This document shows, in pieces, positions 12,329-25,653 of a stretch of DNA of 64,000 nt; the first letter of the stretch is position 1; the number at the start of each line of letters is the position of its first letter. The DNA is from Chrysomallon squamiferum (taxonomy: Eukaryota > Animalia > Mollusca): NCBI GenBank assembly GCA_012295275.1, contig CM022672.1, positions 32,612,001 to 32,676,000 of the forward strand, in the 5' to 3' direction. A program made the position numbers and the translations under genes. The notes under the pieces are model-generated. The model saw only the letters and a program-made list of their open reading frames with translations, was not told the origin of the DNA and ran no database searches.

Positions 12329-12592
12329 CATAGGTTTTCAACCTTTTTTCTCAGGGTCGCGACATCGTTCTTGAGTGAGGGTATGTTTTAGTTTTTTTCA
12401 ACTTGACTTGGAAGGAGGAATAAATAAAAACGTGTAGATAGGTTTGTGACACGTCATAGTGAACATAGGTTCCTTTTGTACTGTCTTTGGTTGACGAAAA
12501 AATATGGTAACCCTAGATATTATTGAATCAAACATTTTAAAGGGGTCATCGGTTATATTGAGTCGCGGTATGAAAAAGTTTGAAAACCAGTG
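12329..12592 (+). mobile_element. Non-autonomous hAT (Charlie-type) MITE, copy 1
   Basis: Ends CATAGGTTTTCAACC...GTTTGAAAACCAGTG form imperfect TIRs. The flanking 8-mers acctaggt and atctagat match at 6/8 and fit the NTCTAGAN-type target site. A second copy is at 62908. Confidence 0.8.
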
Positions 12593-12776
12593 ATCTAGAT
12601 AATACTTTATACTGAAAGGACAAGGACAAATTAACGACAACAACAAAATAATAATAACTAAAATTATAATAACATGGTAGAACTAACACGTACCGTAAAA
12701 AAAGCTTTCAGTAATAATGAGAAGCAGAAAAGTAATATTAGTAGTAACAACAAAACAATGTCACTAACGAAACAAG

Positions 12777-12846
<70 letters not shown>

Positions 12847-13169
12847 TATGTGATTTTTTAATTATTTATTTATTGATTCCTTATTTCGTTCGTTTATTAA
12901 AACGACTCGACAGTGCATGTGTAGACCTTTACGTTTTTTTACCATCTGCACACATGTTTGAATGAATAAACCATTTATTTCAAGTCCGTTGTTATTCGTT
13001 CGAATGATTTACTTTCCGTTGCGTTATGTGTGTTTCTGTCAACATGCATGCACAGGTTGGATGTATAATCATGTATGAAGGCGTGCATGTATTTGTCTGT
13101 CTGTCTTCTGTGAAGTTATTGTTAGTGAATCTTGGTCCCTAATTCTGTCTTTTTGCATGCATGTCTTTC

Positions 13170-14140
13170 AAACGAAAGTTATTTTTAAAATTGTATCCTA
13201 ACCCTGATCACTAATCTACAAAACGTATTTATTTCAAACAAAGATAAAATTTTATCTCAAGAGTGATCAGAAGCTTTAAAAGTTGTTTGATTTTCAAATA
13301 TTAGATATTTTAAAGTTTACCCTAAAGTTGATAATAAACTTCCCCAATTTCTTAAAATAAAAGTTATTATTAATTTTGCACTAACACTCGTCATTACATT
13401 GCCCTAAAGCTAGTCCTAACCCTACCCATAACCTTATTTGAACAAAAGCAGGAATAAGATATATTATAAGACAGTTTTTGTACTATCCGATGTTATTTTT
13501 CTTTTAAATAAAAGTTATTTTAAATTTTATTTTATTACTCATCATGACATTTTATTAAGTTTTAATAGAAAAGTACTTTGAGGGAAATAAATAACTCTAA
13601 CCCTTGTGCAATTCAAACATATTTTAGAAACATTTTATGCTAATATTTGTTATGAATTTCTAAAGTTTTATATGAAAAGTCTCTTGATGAAAAATAGATA
13701 ATTAAGTCGAACATTTACCCTAACCTTAACATTAATGGTATCCCTAGCACAAACCCTAGTCATAACCTTACATCTAACAATGTAATGAGTAAAATATTGA
13801 TCCTAATCAAAACTATTTTAAATTTTATGCTCAAACTGATCCTTAAACGTTTGCAAGTTCATATTTTGAATAAAAGTTCTTAAAATTTGATACTATCACT
13901 CATCAAGTGTAAATTTTTTGAAATGAAAGTAATTAACAATTTTATTGTAAAACTCATCATAAATGTTTCAAGTTTTACATCAAAAGTCTCTTTATGTAAA
14001 TAAGCAATTAAATCTAACTTTAACCTGATACCTAGCATAAACACTAACCCTAACTCCAATCCTATCCCAAATGATAATCCTGAACTTAACACTCTACTGA
14101 ACAAAACCCCCAAATCAAACCCATACGCTATCCATAACCG
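13170..14140. repeat. Degenerate repeat block with CCTAAC/CCCTAA-like hexamer tracts and a recurring AATAAAAGTTATTTT motif
   Basis: Hexamer tracts at ~13400-13435, 13717-13780 and 14020-14140; the right part is homologous to 33440-33870. Confidence 0.6.
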
Positions 14141-14143
14141 TAA

Positions 14144-14310
14144 TAAGTGTAGCTTACATAAGTAATAAGTGTGTCTTAGAAAAGTAGTAAGTGTATTTTA
14201 GTTAAGTGATAAGTTAATATAGAAAAGTAGTGAGTTTATCTTAGATAAGTGATAGGTTAGAGAAGTAACAAGTGTATCATGGATAAGTAATCAGTGTATC
14301 TTACATTAAC
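14144..14310. repeat. Degenerate tandem repeat, ~22-bp unit TAAGTGTATCTTAGAWAAGTRA, about 8 copies
   Basis: Directly visible. Confidence 0.75.
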
Positions 14311-14449
14311 TTGTATTATGTATGTTTATTACTAGTTATCTATTTTTATAGATATATAGTTAGATAGATGCATACATACATACATATAGATATATAGATA
14401 AAGCAAACAAAATTACTTATCTTAAAACTACAAAGTTGTTGTAATCAAC

Positions 14450-15760
14450 AGACAGCAGTTATCTTCTTACATATGTTCTTCATTAGACAGCTACATCCAA
14501 TAAACATGAATTAAATTATTTGTTCAGTAGATGGCTACATCCAACATGAATGACTTATCATCTGTCTTTGTTAGACAGCTACATCCAATAAAGATGAATT
14601 AAATTATTTATTCAGTAGACAGCTACATCCAACATGAATGACTTATCATTATTCTTCATTAGACTGCTACATCCAATAAAAATGAATCAAACTATTTCTA
14701 CATTAGACTGCCACATCCAGTAAAATGAATTAAATTATTCAGTAGACAGCTACAGCCAATATGAATGAGTTAGCATCTTTCTTCATTAGACTGCTGCATC
14801 CAATAAAATAGAATTAAAACATTTCTTGAGTAGACAGAATTATGAATGAATCTTTTCTTCATTAGACAGCTACATCCAATAAAAATGAATTAAATAATTC
14901 AGTAGACAGCTACATCCAGTATAAATTACTTTCTTCTTTCTTCATTAGACTGCTGCATCCAATAAAAATGAATTAAATAGACAGCTACATCTTGAATGAT
15001 TAGATCTTTCTTCATTAGACTGTTACATCCAATAAAAATGAATAATTATTTGAATGCTACATCCAATATGAATGACTTATCATCTTTCTTCATTAGACTG
15101 CTACATCCAATAAAAATGAATTAAATAATTTCTTCAGTAGACAGCTACATCCAATATGAATGACTTATCTTCTTTCTTCATTAGACTGCTGCATCCAATA
15201 AAAATGAATTAAATAATTTCTTGAGTAGACAGCTACATCCAATATGAATGACTTATCATCTTTCTTCATTAGACTGTTCTTCATTCCAATCCAAAAAATG
15301 AATTAAATAATTTATTCAGTAGACAGCTACATCCAATATGAATGACTTATCTTCCTTCTTCATTAGACTGCTACATCCAATAAAAATGAATTAAATAATT
15401 TCTTCAGTAGACAGCTACATCCAATATGAATGACTTATCTTCTTTCTTCATTAGACTGCTGCATCCAATAAAAATGAATTAAATAATTTCTTGAGTAGAC
15501 AGCTACATCCAGTATGAATGACTTATCTTCTTCCTTTATTTCACTGTTTTTCTCCAATACAAATGACTTATCAACTTTTGCATCAGACTGCTATATCCAG
15601 TTAATAAGGCTTTTTTTTCTTCATTAGACTGCTACATCCAATTAGAATTACATAATTGGTTTCTTCATTAGAGGCTCCATCCAGTAAAACTGACTTATTT
15701 TCTTTCTTTATTAGACTGCTATATCTAATATGAATGACTTTATATTCTTTCTTCACTGTA
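14450..15760. repeat. Satellite of 44-bp monomers arranged as an 88-bp A/B higher-order dimer
   Basis: A = AGACAGCTACATCCAATATGAATGACTTATCTTCTTTCTTCATT, B = AGACTGCTGCATCCAATAAAAATGAATTAAATAATTTCTTGAGT; A starts at 15139 and 15227 (+88). Confidence 0.92.
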
Positions 15761-16302
15761 CTCAAGTTCATCTAATTCCATTTCAGTGACTGAGAGATCC
15801 CTGATTCATAACTGAACAGTCTGGTATACTTGTATAATATTAAAAAAAAAAAAAAAAAAGAAGAAAGAAACAAAACTGATCACAAACATAAAAAAAAAAG
15901 AAAAAAGAAAAGTAAAATGATGCACAAAAACATAAAAACAAAACAAATTGTTATTATTACCACTACTGATACTGTTACTACCACAAGTACTACTATTACT
16001 AATATCATTATTATGAAATTGCTACAACTATTATTATCACTACTATTACTACTAGTACAATTATTACTGTCATATACTAAATGTATTACTGTTATTACTA
16101 TCAGTATTACAGTTACTATTACTACTATCATTACTATTATGCTACTATTACGGCAGCTACTATTACTATCTTAATTATAATTACTACTGCCATCACTACT
16201 ACCTACTACCAAATGTAATTACTAACACTACCATAAATGTTTTATGTTATTAGATATCTTTAAATAATAAACAATCCAGTACAAGCTAATTAGTTTTAAA
16301 TC

Positions 16303-16334
<32 letters not shown>

Positions 16335-16639
16335 TATATGTGTCTCCCTATATGTATATATGCGTGTGTATGCATACATATATAAACACATACATATACA
16401 CATATATAAAATGTATCTAAAGAGCATTTGATATACATTACAATGGTAAAAATACATACATACATATATACATACCTACATACTGACCTACCTACCTACA
16501 TACCTACCAACATATATATACATAACATACATACATACATATATACATACATTCATATATTTATATATAAATGTATGTATGTATGTATGTTATGTAGTTT
16601 AGCATCAGACTCTGCACGTAGACTTTATTGAGGAATGTA

Positions 16640-16979
16640 CTGGCACAGGAGGACAAAGTCCAACCATGACCTCACAGAGCCTGTCAAATATAACTGATGA
16701 GACTTATGACACGAACTTATGACACCCATTCAATTGCACAAAAAAAGGCTGACAATGTTACCAATGTTACTGTTCAGCCATCAAGACAACCTATAATATA
16801 TACACATGCACACAGACATACATACAGATTGTATGTGTGTGTTTGTTATACACAAAGATACACACACACATTCACATACACAGAGACGTGCATGTGTATG
16901 TATGTATGTGTGTGTATATACATATGTACAGACACATAAATACATGTGTATGCGTGTATGTATATACATATACACACAG

Positions 16980-17011
<32 letters not shown>

Positions 17012-18837
17012 ACACACAGATACACAGATATACATACACACATATATATGTATTTACATATCTGCGTGTATCTGTATATTTGTATATATATACACACACC
17101 CATACCCACAAACATACATATAACTGTGTGTGTTTGTGTGTGTCTGTGTATGTGTGTGCGACAAACATGAGTCAATTATGGATAAGTTATGCCGTTATGC
17201 GCAAAAATATAATAGTTAACATAATTCCACTTTAGTAGCAGTAATGGTAATAGTAATAGTAGTATTTGCAGAAACAGTTGCAGTAGCAGGCACCATACTA
17301 GTAATAGTAGTGGTAAATAAATAAATAGATAAATACATCTCCTACTAATACTAAAAACAAAAACCAACGTGTAGTTCTTTATAAACTAATAATAATAATA
17401 ATAATAATAATAGTGAAGTAGTAATAATAATAGTAATAACAATAGAAATATTAGTACAATCACATATTCACAAAACCTGTCAAATGTTGCTGTCAAGACT
17501 CAAACTTGTAACACCCATTCACCCGCACTCCAAATGTAGATCATCTTACCATTCGTCCATCTAGACAATCTATAATAAACACACACACACATACAATGTA
17601 CAGATATAAACAAAGTTATATAGATGTGTGGTATGTGTATTGTGTGCACACATACACACCCTCCCAAATATACATGCAGACACACATGGACATACATATG
17701 TGTGTGTGCATGCATACTATAAACATGAGCTAATTATGGTACTTCATGCATTTTGTGTAAACGATTATAATAGCAATAACAATTCCACTGTTAGTAGCAG
17801 TAATGATAATAGTAGCAGTGGTAACTGAAGTAACAGTAATGGTAGCAGGGACCATAGTTGTAGTGGTAAATAAATAAATAGATAAATAATGTTAATACTA
17901 ATAACAAAAACCAAAAACCAATGTGTAGTTGTTTATAAATTGATACTACTACTACAACTACTACTACTATTAATAATAATAATATTAAAGTAATAATAAT
18001 AGTAACAACAAAAACAACAATAGTAATATTAGTACAATCACAACCTCAAAAACCTGGTCAAATGCAGCTGATGAGACTCATACTTATGACACCCATTCAC
18101 CTGCACCCCAACAGTGGAAAGTGTTATTGTTCAGCTATCAAGATGTGTGTGATAGTGTATGTGTATATGTGTGGTGCCTATATATGTATATATATATGTG
18201 TATGTTTGTGTCAGTGATTGTGTTTATGTATATATATAGACACATATACATATACACACACACATATATACATACATACATATAATATACATATTTATAT
18301 ATATATACGCATACATGTGTGTATGTGTTTATATGTGTATACTAATATCTAAACACACACACACATATATGTAAACCTACACACACACATACAACATACA
18401 CGTTTTTATCTGTGTGTATCTGTATGTATGTTTATATGCAAATACACACACACGCACGCACACACGCACGCACGCACACACACATATATATATACACACA
18501 TATACACACAGACATACATGCAGATAGATATGTATGTATACATACAGACATGTGTATTTATGTATTTTTCTCTGTTTATGTGGGAGATGTGTCTATGTGT
18601 GCTATCAATATGAGCCCATTATGGGTAAATTGTGCATTTTGTGTGAAGGGTATAATAGTAATAACTGAAATGTTAGTTGCAGTAGTAATAGTAGTAAAAG
18701 CATCCATAGCAGGCACTGTAATAGTATTATTTGTGGTAAATAAATAAATAGATAAATACATTTACTATTAATACAAAAAAACAAAAAAGAAAATGTAATC
18801 CCTTATAAAGTGGTATTAATAATAAGAAAAACACCAC

Positions 18838-18889
<52 letters not shown>

Positions 18890-18900
18890 TATTAGTAATA
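16640..18900 (-). pseudogene. Old tandem triplication (0.6-0.8-kb units), each carrying a degraded exon resembling a C-type lectin N-terminus (~16660-16790, 17465-17569, 18045-18146)
   Basis: Three diverged copies of the same blocks (gacacccattca.., aaacatgag..attatgg, ggtaaataaataaatagataaata). Minus-strand consensus CLDG(W>*)TVTLSTFGVQVNGC(Y/H)K(F/Y)ES..ATFD.(F/L)CE, with ttatag acceptors in units 1 and 2. The triplication is certain; the lectin identity is inference. Confidence 0.5.
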
Positions 18901-18979
18901 ACAATAATAACAAGAACAGCAAAAGTAATATTAATACTAATAAATGGTGTATTTTTTACAACAGAAAAAAAGATATAAA

Positions 18980-19260
18980 ATAATCGACTCACTTGTTGTT
19001 GTTGTTGTTGTTGTTTTTTGTTTGTTTGTTTTTAACCAATTCAGCGCGGACTCCCAGTATGATGTAATTATCTTTAATGAAAAGAATATCTAAGTAATCC
19101 AAATAAACTGAATCCATATCATATCCACCTTTAGAATAAAGAAAAATATAAAACAATTATCATAAAAATGTATATATTTAGAATTTGACGCCATTTTGCT
19201 ACTATTGCTGCTTTACCAGTGACGTCATTCCGATTACGCAAATTGGCGAAGTTAATAGTC
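18980..19260 (-). promoter_or_regulatory. Promoter-like cassette with probable first exon: CRE TGACGTCA (19220-19227), TTACGCAA, YY1-like AAAATGGCG, minus-strand donor GTGAGT at ~18992
   Basis: The motifs are seen directly and are kept in the diverged paralogous block at 34610-34860. Confidence 0.4.
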
Positions 19261-20302
19261 TGATGTCTTTAAAACCGGAAACATTTATTAAATCGTTTAT
19301 TTTGTAAAGCATTTATATAATTTAAAAACTGTTTGATGTCATTTTATTAGAATTTATCTTTTTATCCCTACAAAACATTATTAAACTATAGACATTTATT
19401 CTGTCAATACTCGTCATTTGATTAAGACGAGTTCGGCCATTTCCGTAACATGCGTAAAATTAATACAGTTCTATTCGCTTGTCACAAAACGACCTGTAAC
19501 CGTAATATTAGGATAAGGGTTGAGATAGTTTCTGTCAATAAAATCGGAAAGTTGAAGTCCAGATTTATAGATATAAAAATTAAAAGAAAAAGTATGATGA
19601 AAAATACTTATACAACTATTCAGAACATTAAACGGTTAGGTATTTTTGTTGTTAACCGGTTTTGGTTGCTTGGGTGTGATAATAAAAACAGATTCCGACT
19701 AACCAGAACCAGTTACTGATTTAGTGTTAGCAGCAATTTATAGATTTAAATATTTATAATAGTTTTATATTGAAGGCTTTAATCAATTTAATTTAAATTA
19801 ATGATTTTCATGTTTTATTTTCTATCAGATAATATGTGACTATTAAAAGTACGTTTATAAAGCAATGTTTATTTATAGATATAGATTATAACTTAGTCTC
19901 TTCATTTGGTTTACGTAAACTGCCAAGTTGTCTTATTTATTAACTGTTTAAATTATTTATTGAGGAACTTTTAGATATTTTTAGAATTTTTGCATCAGGA
20001 AATCATTGTTTCAGTTGCTGTGTTAAATAATAGGATTATAAATTCGCTGAGATCACATATATATTTTTTTTTTAGATCTAAATAAAACAGTTAATTCAGG
20101 TAATTTCTCATTCGGCCATTTCCGTGATCCGTGACATGACGAAGAAATAATACAACGGTAATAGCTTGTGACATAGTATTAGAAAAATAAATTAATTCAA
20201 AATAAATAAATAATAATAATAATAAAATCAGATAAAAAAAATTAATAGTCCGAAAGTTATTAGTTTAGATTTCTATGTAAATAATTTGTACATTGGGGAC
20301 TA

Positions 20303-20457
20303 TCAGGTTTACATGGAAAAATTAATCAAATGATGACTATATAACTAACAATAATGAAATATATAGGTTTACAGGTAACCATGGTTACATTTATTGGCAT
20401 ATTCTGACATTCGTGTCTCGCTGGTACCAGGATTGAGTCGTGATTTAGTGTTCTGTG
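20303..20457 (+). pseudogene. 5'-truncated copy of the Ig-domain pseudo-exon at 40461-40720
   Basis: RFTWKN*SNDDYITNNNEIYRFTGNHGYIYWHILTFVSRWYQD*VVI*CSV; the first half of the exon is absent. Confidence 0.65.
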
Positions 20458-22456
20458 TAAATATATATATATATATATAAATATACACAATGACAAAAAC
20501 ATGTATCTATCTATATACATCTAAATGATCTCACAATCGAGAGGGCGCGCAAACTACGTTTGCATAAATTTATTGGCACACTCAGGTACGTGCGCACGCG
20601 CCTTGATAACAACAGGTCCATTGATATATATCGCGCACAAAAACCAGGTGATTCACTTATAATGAACTGACTCACAAAGACATACACGTGAAACACACGT
20701 CACGTCGCTGATAAAAACAGGCACACGAGATAACTACCATATACACGCACACGCACGCACGCACACGCACGCAGGCTAGCGCAAACAAACAAAGGAATAA
20801 ACAAACTGAAGAACAAATAAAATAGAAATATGAATAGAAATAATAAATAAATAAATATATTTTCAGAAATTATGTAATTAATAGATATGAAATAATCAAT
20901 GGAAGGGAAAGGAATAGCCATACGTCAGTGCAAACTGTATATTAAATAAGCAAACAACACTTACCTCTTTTACAAAGTTTTCATATACACATACATACAG
21001 ATACAAACACACATACGTACACTTACACACACACGTAATACACACATATAGATATATAGATATATACATTCATACACATAATACAAACACACAGGTATAT
21101 ATACCTACACAGATACAGAAACATTCAGAGATACACAAATATATACACTCACACATACATAAATACATAATAATACACCCACATATACATAAATACATAA
21201 TACACACATATACTTAAATACATACATTCATACACATAATACAAATAGATACACACACATACAAATACATAATATATAATATAACCACATACACATACAG
21301 ACATATATACACACAAATAAATACCGCATAATACACACACAGATACACATACATGCATACATACAAATTCATACAACAGAGACAGATACACAAGATACAT
21401 ACAAATACATACAAAATAATACAAACACACAGATACACACATAAACACTCATACACATAATACACACAGCTACACATACAAACTCATATACACATAATAC
21501 AAACACAGAGACATACATACATATATACTCTCATTATTTGTCCATGAATTGATTCTAGTAATGTTTGTTTTGAGTATAGTTTACAGGTTAGTTTTTTTTT
21601 AGGTCAAATGTGTATTATGTAACATTACGAATTCTCACTGAATTTTCTGTGGATGATTTATATATATATATATATATATATATAAAAGTGATGAACTCTC
21701 CCCTCTTTTATTAACTACTTTGACAATGTTAGCGGTATATATATATATATATCCTCTTTATTTTCTGGCTAACATGCAGTTACGATGCAGTGGAAGTACA
21801 GTTTATATATAGTAGAGATCATAGTGAAGATGATTTTGAAACACCCACATCATAGATTTTGAACACGTTTATGTAGACATTCTTATTTAGAAAGTTATTT
21901 TGGTTCTATATTTTCAAAAATGTTATTTGTAGAAGTAACTTATTTATTCTTGTTCATTGGCTGGTTTCTTTCTTTCCTTTTTAGTTTTAATAAAGAAAGG
22001 AAAAAAGAGAGCATAATCCTGAGCATGTGTTTTCTTTAAAGCAAAATTTCTTCTTTCTTTCTATATCACATATATCTGTTGTTACTAGAAACATTATTTC
22101 AAAAGTGATGACATCATATTTATACTAAATTTAAAAAAAAAAAAAAAATAAAAAAATCTGGTGACGTCAATTACTCGGGCAGTAATCTAGAACCTTCTTT
22201 CTACGTCAGTCGCACCACAGATTTCATTATTTGAACATTTTATTTTAGTTTGTTTAGTTTTGTATGAGTGAATATTTTCTGCGACTTTGGGAGTTCAGTC
22301 GACATAGGTAATTATTAATGACTTATAAATGTTTACAATATTGTAATAGAGTTACGGAATTTTATAATTTATCTGAATTTTATGCTTTCGAAGTAGATTT
22401 GTTTTGTTGTTACAAATTTATATAAGACTGATAGTTTTTGTGTGTTTGTTCTTTTC

Positions 22457-22520
<64 letters not shown>

Positions 22521-24130
22521 TTATTTATTTATTTATTTATTTATTTTATTGTGTTTTTATTTTTTATTACTTTTTTATTATTATTTTTTTTTCAGACACT
22601 AGATGAACTGGAAGTGAAACTCATTCTTCTGTTGTGTATAACTTTTCTTTCAAAGGCCATCTACAGACGGTCTGGGATTCTAGTCTTGTTGAATTATGCA
22701 GCACATTCTGGTTGTTGGGAGTTCTCTCCCCTGGTGTAGACCAGCAGATGACTTCCGGCTCAAATGTATCTGTGATATCTTCTGAGTAGGTATCAGCCTC
22801 GACAGTTACCAGTCTGATAAACTGTAGGTCGTGCCAGCATTCTTTTATTGGTAGAGCATCTTCAACACAATGGAAAAATACTTCTAAACAATTATTTTAT
22901 TAATTTTTTGTTATTGTATCTTCCGGAACGACATGATTCTGTTACAAGAATTTGGAGAAAAATATAAAGGTTACTTTACATTTGAGATAAAATGATAAAA
23001 CTTCAACTGAAATGAGTGGTCACATTTTTCTGTCTTATCACCACAGCAATTTAAGTTCTGTTTTCAGTTAAGTTCACATGTGATCTGAATAATTAATTAA
23101 TTATAAACACTTAATCAATAAACATACATTATTTATGTGAAAACTCCTGTGTCAAAACTTTACATGAGTTGATGTGAATTCAGCAAACACAATGTCAAAC
23201 TCTTCACCAGACTTAACAATGAAGCAAAGTTGTGTATCTGATTCAGTTATCTTTCTTGTTATTGTTGTTTCCTTCACTGAAAAAATGGTGACTATGATTC
23301 AGTATTCAGAAGTGTGACTGTCATCAGACTCTTCTGTGTGTTTGATAAACTTTGTCTGTTTAGAATCACTCAAACACTCACTGACGATTCCAAGTAAAAT
23401 GAGTGATTACAACTTTCCTGCATTCAAATGAAAATTGTTTTCAGATAATGTGTGCCTCACAAAAGAATTCTTGTATAATGATTATACAAACATGTTGTTG
23501 TTTTCACTTTGTAATAAACAAATTACCTCCACTGGACAAAATAATTACTTAAATTTAATAACAATTACTAAAATAATAATAATAATGATATAAAAAAGGT
23601 ATGTGTTCACCTGTCAGTACAAATATGGGTGTGTACTATCTCAGTAGTGGTGTAACAACAGCATGTCAGTCTGTAGATCTACCAACCTATTTTTATTTAT
23701 CTGTAATTAAACCCTTTAGATCCTCCCACCCTTCTGTTTATCTATGTATCATCCATCTATACACAGCATGTTTATTCCTCCTACTAAAACATCCATCTAT
23801 TCATCCATACATCCATCAGTCCATCTATCTACCTATCTATTTGTCTAGTTATCTGTGTCTCTCTCTTGGAAACATATAAACAAGTACACTAAAATACCCA
23901 CACATGTGCATAGCCATTATATGTTTCTAGCATACAAAGAACATATATTCAAATAAACATACATTATACCCTCTCCTCATTTCAGACTTGCATATAAACT
24001 CTCACTGTGTAAAACAAGTAAACATGAACACTCACATGTACACTTGTGTGTGTGTGTGGGAGGGCATCAATGTAACATTAATACTACTACTACAAGTACT
24101 ACTATGTTATTACCACTACTACTTCTGCTG

Positions 24131-24166
<36 letters not shown>

Positions 24167-24167
<1 letters not shown>

Positions 24168-24596
24168 GTTTATTCCCGATTCTGGCATTCCCGAATCTGG
24201 CAGTGAGATTATAACACATCTTAACTGGCCACGCCAGTTGTTCCATTTCTGGCAGTTTATTGCTCACCCTTACTAATTGGAGTTCCGTCACCTTAATTGA
24301 TGTACTTTTGTCTAAATTGGTAATATTTCCTGTCTCCAAATTTTACAGAGATATAACATTAATTTCATGTCTCCAAACATTAATGTTTTTGAAATCTCTA
24401 TTACGGTTCACCTCTGCTCTTCACTGCTCATTAAGGTTAATCTCGTTAATCGCCCCCTCTGTTCTTCACACATCTCGTTATCCCCATGCGTCTAAATTGG
24501 CCTTAATTGCTCACGCCAGTTTTCCCATTTCTGGAAGCGGATTAGAACACCTCACCGCTTACCTAATCTGGAGACTGCCAGTTTTGGGAACATACC
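24167..24596. mobile_element. TIR MITE with GG...CC termini (Merlin-like candidate) inserted in a (GAYA)n microsatellite, copy A
   Basis: The left end GGTTTATTCCCGA(A/T)TCTGGCA matches the reverse complement of the right end, GGTATGTTCCCAAAACTGGCAGT. Internal repeats CACGCCAGTT..CCATTTCTGG are present, and this copy has a short duplication in the left TIR. The superfamily is inferred from the termini only. Confidence 0.7.
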
Positions 24597-25554
24597 GATA
24601 GATAGATATAGATAACAGGTCAATCATTTTTGAGGATACTTCAACGTGAATACAGTACAATTTAGGACGTTATTATATACACCAGTTCATTGTAACTTAA
24701 TGTTATATAGGTAATACCATGACGCCAGCAACGTAATGAAGAAAATACGTATAACAATATAGATTTTTTGTGACACTATGACGGAAATAGAATGCAAAAA
24801 TTCAAGTTATTTTTAAATATCGGTATTAATCAAAGTCTTGTAAGGAAATATTTCTGTGTTTTCGTGTTATTTCAACTTCATTATTGATGTCACAAATAAA
24901 AATGAAAGTTAATAATATAACCGTATAATGTCGTTGTTAACATAAAACTATAAAATTGTGAATTTGTGCTGATCTAAATAATAACTGACAACATGATAAA
25001 TAAAATTTTGTGTAATTGTAAAAAATGGTCTAATCCTGTTTGCTGAATTTGTTTTGATTAATTCACAGACGTTATTGTTGAGACCAGGACTGAATCAACT
25101 GCCGCTTACGTTACTGCTCATCTTTGGATCAGTATTATGAACGCGTTAAAAATATTCTTTACATTTGTATTTCACGTATTGTTTGTTTATTTTTCTATTG
25201 TAACTAACTGATGAAAAAGGGTTTCTTGTTTTATTTCGTAAGAGGTTCGACTTAAAATAGTAGTGTTAACTTTGAGCTGTTCATATTAACTTTGTTATAT
25301 ATATATAATCATCAGAATTGAGCGATCACTTTCTGAATATAACAAAAACAACAACAACAGCAACAACAGAAGCAAACATGTTAAAGGGAAACATGAAAAA
25401 GAAAATAACAAAAAGTTGGGTAAAAATAATAATAATAATAATTATTATTATAAAATAAATAAAAGAATAAAGCCAAATCGTCCATGTTTGTACTATATAC
25501 GACCTTTCTCTTTCTGTCTCTCTCATTATATGTTTGTGTGTGTAAATGTATGTG

Positions 25555-25653
<99 letters not shown>

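Noticed and set aside
15830-18760. Many 60-130-aa ORFs rich in Y/I/H/T/C/V or poly-L/I/N here and elsewhere in the track
   Set aside because: They are translations of (CA)n, (TA)n, (ATT)n and (AGT)n microsatellites.
24067-24601. ORFs 24067..24339 and 24260..24601 (and copies at 44275-44781) as genes
   Set aside because: They lie within a non-coding MITE, have no recognisable domain, and 24260..24601 is frameshifted in copy B.
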